From: Rhizophagus irregularis
Taxonomy: Eukaryota
DNA length: 64,000 bases
Direction: 5' to 3'
Assembly (NCBI RefSeq): GCF_026210795.1
Contig: NC_089431.1
Location: 2,852,001 to 2,916,000 of the forward strand
In this document: piece after piece, positions 10,935 to 21,958 of the stretch
Layout: each line of letters starts with the position of its first letter
Numbering within the stretch: position 1 is the first letter of the stretch
Translations under genes and position numbers: made by a program
The notes under the pieces: generated by a model
What the model was told of the DNA's origin: nothing
What the model saw: only the letters and a program-made list of their open reading frames with translations
Databases searched by the model: none

Positions 10935-12688
10935 ATGTCCGCAATTACAACCAAGTTCGTTACAGACCATCAATTCACCAATGAGATGAGTATCGAAGAG
11001 CTCAGTCAGTATGCGCTAGAAATGCGTGACCTCTTGGGAGATGATAGAGAGAAAAGGTGCCAGGCTCGTAATCGTCTTCAAAAAGGGTATAAATTTAGCA
11101 AAGGACAGGCATTCGCATTGATTCCTGACCAGAGAATTGAGCGGTACATAAGTCAAGTACCGATCCTAGAGGATTAGAAGCCGAAGTGAATATAAGCCTA
11201 GTATCTGAGAACGCCCCAGAAGGCGAGACTATTAGAGAAATGGCTCAGCGTATTGTTCGGGATAATCTTAGTGAAAGAAATGTAAAAGCGATATCTAGAA
11301 CCTTAGCCGAAACCGCCTCTGATCCTATTATTGCCTCATCACGTCTCTCCAGGCTTCGAAGAGAATTGCGAACCCTCAATGCTCCAGAAAAAATAATCTC
11401 TACTACCAAGATTCCAGAGATAACCAGAGCATCTAATAAAATCCAACAGGAGCGTACTGAGCAACGTAAAAATGAAGGACTTCATTATCCGGACCACTTC
11501 TCGTTAGAATCAGTTAAGGAACGGCTAGATTTATATGTTGTGTCTAACACACCCGATAAACAGGCCCTAGCTGATGTAATGATCATGCTCTGTATCCGCC
11601 CTGCTGAAATTAAAAACTTGCGCATAGCAAATGGAGGTGTAACTGGATACGCAAAAAACCGAGGCTAACAGGATGTTCCTCGGGTGTTTAGATCACTGGA
11701 AAAAAATGAGGAGCGAGCAAGAGAATTACTTACATGGATTCAGGAAGCAGTTTCTTCCGGACAGTTAAGAGACCCCAGAAAGCCTAGATCGATATACTTA
11801 AGTTCATTTCTGAAAAAAGATGAATATATTCCTAAACCTTATGAGCCATTACTTCCTAGTTCCTTGCGCAAATTAGGGGCGGTATTTGCTTCTGTAGTGC
11901 ATGGGCCTAAAAATCCGTTGTAACACGCCGCCCATAGGATATTAAAATAAAATATCGTATGTTGCCACCGACGTGTTGAGTTCGTATAATATCTATGCTT
12001 GGTTTAAAATAAATATTAGCTATAAAAATTACAAAACATAATTTCTTACCCAAACATTAATTTCGCGATAGTTTCCCTAAATTCATAAATCATTATTAGG
12101 TCATTAAAAATGACACCTCTTTTTCATCATAAGAAAAAGGTTAAAAGAATGTGTTAGTTTTTATTAAAGGACGAAATAATTTTTATTTTTCAAAAATTGA
12201 ACTGCGGAATTTCCTATCGAAATCCACTTGTATTTATACATTTTAAGAAAATCATTTCTACTATTTACTACTCTTTCTCTATCAAAATTCTAAGAATAAT
12301 AAGAAATAAAAGATGTATTATCATATGACTTTCTCATTATACTAAACTAAAATATAATTTTATTGGCTAATTATTTATCCATCGGCTAAATATTTATCCG
12401 TCACTTACTGCGCCATGTGACTTGTCACGTGACTTTTGTATTTCCAACCATTTCTTCTTGTGTAACCATATCATGTGACCTACTGCGCCACGGGATTTAC
12501 TGCGTCATTTATTTATTATATTTTCAGTTATTACACCGTCAAAAGCCAATACTTATGCCAGTGAAGCCCTTCGACATTCGCCTGATAACCATGCTTCTCC
12601 ATCTGATAGATATACTATAGTTAATTTCAGAAGGAGAGGACAACCTTATGATCAAGCAAAACCATTCTGGATTTCTGATGAAAACTAA
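10935..12688 (+). pseudogene. Tyrosine recombinase / protelomerase-like gene disrupted by a solo LTR and a stop codon
   Basis: ORFs 11186..11668 and 11684..11923 are in frame across a TAA. Removing 11919-12539 restores ...GPKNPSKANTYASEALRHSPDNHASPSDRYTIVNFRRRGQPYDQAKPFWISDEN*. The motif order is R (CIRPAE), K (TGYAK), R (SLRK), H (ALRH), Y (DRY). ORF 10935..11177 is a probable frameshifted N-terminus. Confidence 0.75.
11919..12535. mobile_element. Solo LTR (617 bp)
   Basis: It begins TGTAA and ends TTACA, flanked by a 4-bp duplication CCGT (11915-11918, 12536-12539). It is non-coding, and its removal restores the interrupted reading frame exactly. Confidence 0.85.
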
Positions 12689-12799
12689 TTAGATATATGG
12701 GTTAGAAGATCGGGAGGACTAATTTATCAGTCTGATATCATTTATTAATTTTATTTTTTCGCTCGAGGCAAGATCTAGCATATAGAATATATTACGAAA

Positions 12800-13264
12800 A
12801 TGGTAGCTGATCAAAAGTATTCATCTGATATATCCAGCGAGCAGGAAGTTATCAGGCGTACAGAGAAATTAGCCCAGTCATTAGGACTGGATGAGCAGAA
12901 TACAAGAGCATATAAAGCACTCTCTGGACAGATTTGGGCATTAGAAAAAAGACTGGAAGATTATCATATCAAATATGTAAAGCTTAAAAGGAAGGTCAAT
13001 TTATTGGAAGATGAATTGGATGATGAATTGGATGATCTGAACGAATGTGTAGATAGGGGAGCTGTGGTCGACTTAATACATGAAATAGTTCCCTCGCTAA
13101 TTAGTAAAAAAGGGCTGAAAGGCGATGTGCATAAGGATTCCTACTATTCGTTTGAGTCTTCTGAAGATTCTGATTCGGTTGAGGTAAGAGAAAAAAAGGC
13201 TGTCCCTCATAAGCAACGAAGAAGGGCGCGACCAAAGAAAGTTAAGACCCTTCGATCAGGATGA
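12800..13264 (+). CDS. Coiled-coil hypothetical protein with a basic C-terminus
   Basis: 154-aa ATG ORF with a heptad-like LEKRLEDYHIKYVKLKRKVNLLEDEL segment and an NLS-like RRRARPKKVK. Confidence 0.6.
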   Translation: MVADQKYSSDISSEQEVIRRTEKLAQSLGLDEQNTRAYKALSGQIWALEKRLEDYHIKYVKLKRKVNLLEDELDDELDDLNECVDRGAVVDLIHEIVPSLISKKGLKGDVHKDSYYSFESSEDSDSVEVREKKAVPHKQRRRARPKKVKTLRSG

Positions 13265-13323
13265 AAGCTTTCCAATATTGTATTTCACTTTTTTTGATCG
13301 AAAGATATTCTAACCGTATATAA

Positions 13324-13689
13324 ATGTATACAGTTAATTTGCTAGAACAACTTCCGCCTGAACTAATACCATCCATTTCAAAGTACCTCCCAGAACGGGA
13401 TCTAAAAAATGCCCGCAATATAAATAATATATGGGAAAGAGAGGTTAATCTTGAATGGTCCAAAAGAATGAATTTTTTATTTGGGAGAATAGTTCAAGGC
13501 AATTATACAGTAAAGGAATATTATTCGAAACTGAAAGAGTGTAATTTAAGCAAAGACTATCCAGAATGGCTTTTTAAAAATCTATTCTTCAGAGAATTAT
13601 CACCTGAAGATATATTAAAAGTTCGTTTGGATGGGTTACAAGCACTTGCATTAGATGACATAGTGGAAAGGCTTAGTCCGGAGCAGTAA
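13324..13689 (+). CDS. F-box protein with a retrotransposon-Gag-like C-terminal segment
   Basis: F-box LLEQLPPELIPSISKYLPERDLKNARNINNIW, then IVQGNYTVKEYYSKL..LFFRELSPED resembling the Retrotrans_gag QG-x-x-SV-x-EY...F-x-x-GL pattern. Confidence 0.6.
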   Translation: MYTVNLLEQLPPELIPSISKYLPERDLKNARNINNIWEREVNLEWSKRMNFLFGRIVQGNYTVKEYYSKLKECNLSKDYPEWLFKNLFFRELSPEDILKVRLDGLQALALDDIVERLSPEQ

Positions 13690-13885
13690 TTTACCAGCGA
13701 ACTAGGCTTGGCTAATTTTATTTTTTCGTTTAAAGATACAACATATAACATGCACTATGTATGGCGCAATCAAGCATCTTTTATTTACCAGAACTATTAG
13801 AACAGCCTCATGTGCAACATAATTTTCGCATATACTGAAAAGAAGCTATGCACGCTAACAGTACTTTATTTTTTATTAAGTATAA

Positions 13886-14323
13886 TTGATCTACAATATT
13901 AGCAAAATGTTTGATGAGGATATAGATGCTGAGAAGGAGAAAGCCTTCGATGAATTTACCAAAGAATATGGACAGAGAGAAGAGGATTGGACTATTTATG
14001 ATGATTGGTATGACTGGGATGACCTTTTTTGTGAAATTAAGACCCATTGGAACACAAAAGCTGTCAAGTATTGGAGAGAGAAAATACTTAAGCGATTTGT
14101 ATATAGTCTACCCAGTGTAAGTAATCCAACGTCATTATTCCATGTACTCTTACAATCCAATGTTATTTATCTCCCACAAATAATAAGTCTAATAGAATTG
14201 CCATATTATCCACTTGAACTTCGATCAGAAATATGGGGACCTGCCCGGATGGTATATATTGGTCAGTCCGAGGTCAGTGATCTGGTCCCTTTAGGACCTC
14301 TTCAGCTCGGAAGAATTTGCTGA
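13886..14323 (+). CDS. Hypothetical Trp/acidic-rich protein
   Basis: 145-aa ORF (ATG at about 13907). WNTKAVKYWREKILKRF is similar to WEREETKAWRNDILVKF in ORF 16914..17483. Confidence 0.5.
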   Translation: MIYNISKMFDEDIDAEKEKAFDEFTKEYGQREEDWTIYDDWYDWDDLFCEIKTHWNTKAVKYWREKILKRFVYSLPSVSNPTSLFHVLLQSNVIYLPQIISLIELPYYPLELRSEIWGPARMVYIGQSEVSDLVPLGPLQLGRIC

Positions 14324-14882
14324 GCCACAGATTGTGTGACAGAAAAAGGCCGATCACCAGGCAGGGTTTGTGCGACATATTAATTTTCACATATATATTC
14401 GAAAAACATATTAACCTTTATTCTTTATTTTTTTCCCGAACAAACATGAGGAAAAAATGGCCTGCTTCACAGGCGCTTCGCTTGAAAGGAGGTCTAGTTG
14501 GAGCACAGGACCAGCTCTAAAAGTAAATAGTGCCGACAAAAGCATATGTTATGAAAGGCTGAGGACTTTGGAATTTCGAGATCGCCAGGCGGAAAACCAA
14601 CTATGTCTTTCCGGTAGATCTACATGTGAAAAGGTATGAGAATTCTATTTGCATGTGCCTTCATAGAACTCTTGGCATCATACGACAATGCTAATCACTA
14701 TTCTTATCTCCTTAACTTCGGCTTGGCGCTCTTTTTCCCAGCAAGATATAAAGCATGTAGAGGTATGTGGAAGTTCAACCAACTTTCCGCAAAAATAATT
14801 GAGGTATGTATATGCCAAAAGTCATGTTTACTGCAAGCGATAATTTCTCACAACGGGCCCTTACATTCCAGAAAACGAAAAT

Positions 14883-15197
14883 ATGGCCAATATTACTCTC
14901 AACTGCCTTATAATTCCCACCGGTCGCTTCACTAGAATTCCAAACAATGATGCTAATCTAACGGTTACAATTCCCCTTGGAAATACAGTCAGAAATCTTC
15001 ACGCTCAGATTCAACAACAGTTACCTCAGCAATTCAGAAATGTCCCATTTTATCTTCGCGCACTCCGCTCTGGGCTTGTAAATTACGTTGCTATGCGACA
15101 AGGGGGATTGATTTCTAATTATTTTGATGAAAATCTCACTGCGGACGTTTACCATGTTCTTATAGAGGATGATGTATATGGTTATTATGACTTGTAA
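14883..15197 (+). CDS. Stand-alone Crinkler (CRN) N-terminal ubiquitin-like domain protein
   Basis: ITLNCLI...TVTIPLGNTVRNLHAQI...ISNYFDENLTADVYHVLIE matches the CRN N-terminal pattern ending in HVLV. Confidence 0.65.
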   Translation: MANITLNCLIIPTGRFTRIPNNDANLTVTIPLGNTVRNLHAQIQQQLPQQFRNVPFYLRALRSGLVNYVAMRQGGLISNYFDENLTADVYHVLIEDDVYGYYDL

Positions 15198-15473
15198 TGC
15201 GAAATATTCGTGCGAAGCGCCTTAACGGCCAATTTTTATGTATTGTAAGCCGGCTACCGGCAACTATTTTACAGTATTTCATAAATAAAGTATTATTTTA
15301 TCGAACGTATATGAGAAAGGGTCACGTGTAATGATGCAATTCCTGTGCTACATAAAAACCTATATTAACGCCCAGTATTCTCTTTCCCGAACAGAAATAA
15401 AAATTTATCTTACTCCGGAAAGTAACACTATTTTTTTTGTCCGAGCCAAATATCCCTATAAAAACGTAACACT

Positions 15474-16700
15474 ATGTCTTCTGAAACCAGTACACCTTAT
15501 ACTCCAGCTTCCACCTCTACTACTGTTGCTGGAAATGAGACGGTCTCGCTCGCGGACGAAATTAAAAAATATGACACGGCCAAGCTTATAGAGTTTCTGA
15601 AGGGTCAGGAGGACTTAGGACTTAGCGAGTCAGCTCTTAAAATATTAGAAAATGAAGAGGTTAATGGCCGTACCTTCTTCAAGATAACCAAAGAAGAGCT
15701 TGAGCGTCATGGAATGAAATTGGGACCTGCAACTGCTCTCGTAGACTTCGCTAGGGAGTGCAAGGAGAAAAAGCTGAGGTCGTTCTCCTCGTACAAGACT
15801 AAGAAAGACTTGAAAGAGGTGTTAGCAAAGTATGGAGTCCAAGATGGGCGAATAACAGACATACCTCAATTTACACCAAGTATGATTTTTCCTTTTTGCC
15901 GTATATTACTTACCCTTCAGGAACTAACGTATAGTATTATTGCTTTATGAACAGAACCCCACAACATCGATGATAAGAACGAGGCTTTGTTACACTGTCT
16001 TAAAGATATACGACTCAGGCTACGCAATATGGGACCCGTCGTTGAAAGTAACGAAGCTATTCGTTGTGAATATATTTCGGCAATCCTCCATGCATGTATT
16101 AATATAGTCAGAGAACTTACCGGAAAAAAAATATCACTAAACCCGCAGTTCGAAGTTGTTGGCGAGGAAAATACAGGTCGTGTTGATTACGCAATCCAAG
16201 CGCTTGAGGAGTTAATTTGCATCACAGAGGGTAAACAATATCAAATTGCAATAGGATTCGCTCAGGTTAGTAAGCCTATTTTATTCCAGAGTTTCTTGCC
16301 TAGGCGCCTCCGGCAAGACTTGTTCCACTAACATACCTCTGGCAATCTACAGAATGTTATACAATGCGAAAGTGCTTTACAAACTAATAAGAGAAAACGA
16401 AAGGCGGATGATGCTTTCGGTGAAGAATATGACTATCTCTTCGGGATCGTGACTACAGCTACGGAATGGCATTTTCTCCTTTATACCCCAGATGGGCTTT
16501 CTTGCACGAGTAGAAACCCACTCAATATTCGTTTTGTCGAGTCTGCTTTGGAAGAAGGTTCGGAGGATGAAAAGGAGTTGTGTAAAAATGTGAAGCGGGT
16601 GATGGAGGTTATTGTTGGGTTATTGAGGGAACGGGTGGACGTTGAGAAAGAGCCTAAGAATAAAAAGGCTAGGGTTCAAGAATACCTTAAAAAAGAATAA
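15474..16700 (+). CDS. SAM domain + PD-(D/E)xK restriction-endonuclease-fold (Crinkler-type) effector, 3 exons
   Basis: SAM domain: LIEFL..LENEEVNGRTFFKITKEELERHGMKLGPA. Nuclease: GRVDY..ICITEGK..GFAQN..GIVTTATEWHFL. Introns 15880-15954 (GTATGA..CAG) and 16266-16352 (GTTAGT..CAG) splice to one open frame. Confidence 0.85.
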
Positions 16701-16913
16701 TAATAACGTTACTCCGCAACTGTCTGTGTATTAGCATAGAACTATCATGTATCACGGGCTAAGTCCCGATCTTGTATTTATTTTTGCATGTATGTATATT
16801 AATAAAAATTTTTCTTGGCAAATTTGCAGGTATATATGATAAGCGAAAAAATATTTAGTCATGGAACTACCATTCCAGGGCTATAAACAATTTATTTATA
16901 TCATAATCACGCC

Positions 16914-17483
16914 TTAAATTCGTGATAGAGCCAATATATGTTCTGGCCCTAAAACACTTGTCTTGGTAAATGCGTCATATAAAGAATTTGGCCTATACTT
17001 TGAAGGAACCAAATTTGGATGATGAAGGAATTTCACGAGTATGTCATTCCTCCAAGCTTTCGTCTCCTCACGCTCCCAAGTTATCTCTATCAATGTAGAT
17101 AGGTTACTGTAATTCATTTCCATTAGGTTTTGAAGCGAAGATCGTTTATTTTTTTCGAGGGTAAATAAACTCATCCCACCCCCAACAGCAGAGTCCACAG
17201 TAATAGGGAAGTTTTTATGAATATCCGATCTACTTGCTAAGATAGATAAGGGCGGAATTAAGGCTGGATAGTAGAAGTCGGCTAAGGGATCCAGTTCAAA
17301 TTCACCGTCACATATAGTCCCAATATCTTCTAAATAATCCGAAAGTCTATTAGCATATCTATAACCTTCGCGAATCAACTTCTGGAATAACTTTCCATTC
17401 GGGCTGATCCATCGACCAGTTAGTAAATTAAGTACTGTTCTATGTATGTCTGATTCTTGCATATGGATTGTTGAAATTAGCAT
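16914..17483 (-). CDS. Hypothetical protein with an N-terminal NxxTGR motif (2-Cys adaptor-like)
   Basis: 189-aa ORF containing VLNLLTGRWISPNGKLFQKLIREG. Confidence 0.6.
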   Translation of the reverse strand: MLISTIHMQESDIHRTVLNLLTGRWISPNGKLFQKLIREGYRYANRLSDYLEDIGTICDGEFELDPLADFYYPALIPPLSILASRSDIHKNFPITVDSAVGGGMSLFTLEKNKRSSLQNLMEMNYSNLSTLIEITWEREETKAWRNDILVKFLHHPNLVPSKYRPNSLYDAFTKTSVLGPEHILALSRI

Positions 17484-17533
17484 TTATGAAAGTGATAATA
17501 GATGATTAGTACTTATGAAAATGGTATGTTTAA

Positions 17534-17803
17534 TTACTCATTTCCTCCCATATTCTTCTTTTTATAATATATGTATGCTCTTTCCTTACCTTGTCCGCAT
17601 TGGACACAAAGCTGAACGCTTGATTTAGTGCCTCGTCCACATCCTTTACATGGTTGTGGGATTATTACGCCCTTTTGTATTTTGAATGCGTGGGATGCAC
17701 AATATTGATCCCGTGCTGATTTTTCGCAGAAATGGGTCTTTCCAACCAACAACCAATTACAAGACATTTCTTTCCTCTGTCCATTATTCATACTCATTTT
17801 CAT
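17534..17803 (-). CDS. Small Cys-rich zinc-finger protein
   Basis: CNW..FCEK..YCASH followed by CKGC..LCVQC. Confidence 0.65.
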   Translation of the reverse strand: MKMSMNNGQRKEMSCNWLLVGKTHFCEKSARDQYCASHAFKIQKGVIIPQPCKGCGRGTKSSVQLCVQCGQGKERAYIYYKKKNMGGNE

Positions 17804-18006
17804 ATTTAAAATTTATCGTCGTCTCTAAAGAGAGAGACAACGAATAAGTTGATCCCAAAGGGGGATCGTGCCTACTTGTATGATGGTCGTAAACCCCTAT
17901 TAATATTTTTTTTTCTTAGCAAAAGTGATCGGCGTGAAGAATCTTCACGCGCACGTGATTTTTTTTTATTTTGAATGCTTATGTAGAGTGTATAATTTTA
18001 TAGATC

Positions 18007-19750
18007 ATGTCAACAGAGCTTGAATTATTGAGACAACGCATTAGCGAGCTTGAGACTAAGAACGCCAAGCTTGAGGCTGAGAAAGCTGAGATTGAGGCTA
18101 GGAATGTCGAGCTTCTAAAGCAGGTTATGGATGAGAATGCTAAGCGTGATGCTAGAGTCGAGGAATTAGAACTAAAAAATACGGAACTTGAGGCCAGACT
18201 CTTGATGTTGGAACAGGGATCCTCGGTAGTGGATGGGCAGTCACAGAACGATAGGGAAACGATAGCAAAAATATCAGCCGTTGATGAATCTGACTCCGTA
18301 ATAGACCAGCAAAATGATGTCAACACCAAGTCAATGGAAGAGGTACCTGAGGTGATTGCAGAGCAATCGGTACCAGATAAGGTAATAGATGATTTTATTC
18401 TCGAAGAATCTGTCAACGTACCTGACTCAGTTATAGCTCAGCCCAAACAGTGTATACCCCCGCCTATTCACGAAGTTTATAGTCAGTTAAATTTATCAGA
18501 GGTGCGAGATCCAGGGCTGTGCAATCAGAATGGTTTGACTCTCACCCCACAGATCGAAGAGGTAGTTTTGCTACCAGATCAAGGGGGGTCGTTAGAGGAC
18601 AGAGAGATGGACGCTTTCTTGGATGAAGAACAAAAAGGATTAGTGAGGAAATAAGATAAAGGAAGCGGGAGAAAAAGCTTCGAGAAGGTGATTCCCGGGA
18701 GAAGAATTTGGATTCAGAGCCACTCATAGCCGATATCTCTGATATCGATTCTCAGGATTCTGTCATTCCCTTGAACGAAAAAGATGGACAAGATGTTTAT
18801 CTTGCCAGTCCATCATCCGAATCATGTGTTGCTTCACCCGGCTTTGAATATAGTAAGGAGGGAAAGTTCCCTATAAACAAAAAGTAGAAAAAGGTTTAGT
18901 ATGTGAATTACTTGAATTCATTAGAAGCCATGAATCCTTACCGAATTCTACTGCATCTAGTAAACAAATTCCAGTCGATTCTGATCTAGCTCCGGGTTCT
19001 ATACCTCATTTAGCTCACTTATTTGATAAGGCCGAAAAAACTGGTCGGAAAGAAAAGTTACGTTGGTATTACTATAGTGAGGAATTCGAAAAAAAGGCCA
19101 TAACTATTGCTTTGGAAAACAATATTAGTGATCAAATGGCAAGAACGCAGATTTACAATGAAATGGAGCCCTACCTTCCAGGTAAGAAGAGAGAGAATTT
19201 ACGCAAGGTGACTCAAAAAGCTAAAAATATTTATACACTGTTTAAAGAAATAGGAATAGATAAAATCGGGTTAGTTACATACAGTGTCGATGCTATTGGA
19301 AGTTTAACGGGTGCACAAATTCAAAATATAATAAACCTTTACACTGCAGAATGTCAAAAAGTGATCAGCGTGAAGAATTCTTCACGCTCACGTGATCTAC
19401 CAGCTGAATCAAACAAGTCTGGATTGAAAAAATCACCAGATGTCGGGAAAAGCACTCCACCTACATCTCAGACTTCAAAAACCAATCAGACTAATGTACG
19501 AGTCCAATCTAAGCCAACTTATGACCGAGCCTACTTTCGCAACAAGATATTGGATCAATATCCTAATCTATATAAAGAATGTAGTTGTGAAAATTTCGAT
19601 TATTATGGGATTACTGATGAGACATCATGCGGGGACTACATCTGCCCATTATGCAAATTAGGCCATGATGATGAAGAAATAGAAGGTGAGTATAAAGCCG
19701 GATCTTACTTTATTAAATGTGAACAGCGTGAAATTGAGATAACTGCATAG
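18007..19750 (+). pseudogene. Coiled-coil + conserved helical domain + C-terminal CPxCxxxH Zn finger, frameshifted
   Basis: ORFs 18007..18654 and 19112..19750 are linked by coding-like sequence with frameshifts near 18630, 18880 and 19095 (A-runs). Confidence 0.65.
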
Positions 19751-19863
19751 TCCAGATGATTAGACAGCTTTCTATCTGAAAAAATTTTTAATCTTTTTTT
19801 TCGAATTGATGACCTGAGGAAGAAAAAGGGATTTAAATTGTTTGCAGTCATATAAAAAGGAAA

Positions 19864-20415
19864 ATGACTGAGTCTGATAAAATACTAACCGCCGAATATC
19901 TGGATTGGCATACCAAATTAATTGGATTACCAAGTATTTTGACAGATAAGATTCGTTCCAAATTATACAAAAGATATAAAAAACAAACTGGAAATGAGCC
20001 ATGGCAACTAACAGAAGTACATGAATCGGAAGCTATAAATTCGAAGCCAGAAAACAAAGTATCATCTTTTCCCGAGCAATGTGAAGAAGAGGGGCCTATC
20101 ACTTTCAAAGTCAAACCTGATCCAGAATTAATTATCAAATCCGTCTTAGAGCACTTCCCATACTTGAAATTCCGAAATAGTTTCAGAGGGATTGATAATT
20201 ATAATTTTACATCTCTTTAGCCATGGAACTCACCATGCCCTATTTGCGATGGAAAACATGGGAATTATGGATTACATGGCTCATGGTACTGCGAAAATGG
20301 GAATCAGCTCCCTTATGAACCTAAATTAGCGAAGTTGTATTCCCAAGATAAGTTGAAGTATTGTCTTACTTGCTTCTTTTCAAGCAATAAATTCAAGTTC
20401 GCGATCATAGTATGA
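19864..20415 (+). pseudogene. CPxCxxxH Zn-finger protein with an in-frame TAG at 20218
   Basis: Reading through the stop gives ..FTSL*PWNSPCPICDGKHGNYGLHGSWY..YCLTC, homologous to the C-termini at 19112..19750 and 22413..22748. Confidence 0.65.
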
Positions 20416-20809
20416 GCCGAAACGTCATGTACCACGAGCTTTGTCCCGATTTGTAATTAAACTATCACAAATCGTGATTGTGACTTGCATCATATCACAT
20501 TTGAATCTAGTTGACCTACTGCGGTGGTTCAATCAAAAGTAAAATAAAAAGAAACTCCTCTATTTTCGCTAAATTGATGAATTGATCAAATTAATCATAA
20601 ATCGTGATATATATAAATCCATTACTAATAGTTCGTTCTGCTTTATTCTGCTTTATAATCGTTCTGTTCATTCTAAATTTGAAATTCTGAAATTTGAACA
20701 CGGTAATCTATCTGATCTATCTGATCTATCTGATCTATCTGATATGCAAATAAAAAGCCAATTTTTACTGAACTGCGTATCTTACCAAAACTCATTTACT
20801 AACGTTATA

Positions 20810-21674
20810 ATGTCTACAATGTCTAACACTAAGGAATCAGCAAAGCTTAAAAAACTGGAGGAAGAGTTAAGAGATTTACCTGAAAAATCAGAGACTGTAG
20901 TGTCCTTTCATTTGCCAGAGTTTGAAGAAGCTTTTGACTGGGATGCGTATGCAGAGTGGGTCGAAAAGGGAAAACCATATGAAGAGCCCGAAGAAGTTTT
21001 AATGTTCTTAAATCAGAATGGAGTTTCTAACAAAAGATCAGATGGTAAACCTAGTGAATGTTCTATTTTCGTATGTAAATAATAATACTAAACTTTATTA
21101 ATTTTTTAAGGAGCCAGCCGACTTAACACTGACGGGGGGAGAACAAGACACGATCATAGAGATGCTTTTTGCAAAAGTTCCGATCGGCATTTTCGAGACG
21201 CCAGGAAAGGATGGTATTCATTTACTCAAACCAAGGGAACCTCAACCGGAAGAAGCAAAGACCGTGAACATCGTGGTGAAACCGCCAGATCCGACCACGT
21301 TTCCTTTTCAAGCGCGAAACATCAAGAAAATGCTAAACGATTTAAGAACTTTAAACCTCTTAGATGATGTAATCGGGTTATGTAAGAAGGGTACGATTAG
21401 AACATATAATAGGGAAGAAAAAAAATTAAATCCGGTAAAGGAAGGAAAAGGAAAGAAATTACGGGGGGAAATAAATGTCTATGATGTCGTCCCTAAATGT
21501 TATAATATTTACGTCTATGTCCTACCTGAAGGCCAATATATTCTTTTATACCATATTTGCGGTAGATGGTTCAGGGCATTGGCCTATTTTAAAAACCATT
21601 ATTTTTATTCACATTTCCTCTGTATTTACTTTTCTAATTTCAGAATGTTATCTAGAAAAAAAATCACTCTCTAG
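20810..21674 (+). CDS. Hypothetical protein, probably spliced
   Basis: ORFs 20582..21082 (likely ATG at about 20810) and 21162..21674 are separated by an intron-like segment ending TTTTAAG at about 21109. Confidence 0.45.
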
Positions 21675-21958
21675 TTCTGCGAAATAATAGCTTTTATATC
21701 ATTTTTTATTAACAATATTATGTTGCGACCTAAAACTAAACTAATTATCCATATGTATTAATTTTAACCTTTTGAACCCTCTAAATTAAAAAACAGTGGG
21801 GACTAATTAGGGCTTGCAATAAAAATTTACTTTCTTCATATGGTAGAATTGGGTTCGTGCTTATGATAATTGTTCATCCATTGATCAATTTGCCTTTCAA
21901 TTGACAAAAATCAAATATGTTAATATACTCATATTTTTAAATCCTAAAAATAATCAAA

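Noticed and set aside
14317..14935. Three short overlapping ORFs
   Set aside because: No recognisable motifs and inconsistent frames. They may be a decayed gene, but I cannot support that.
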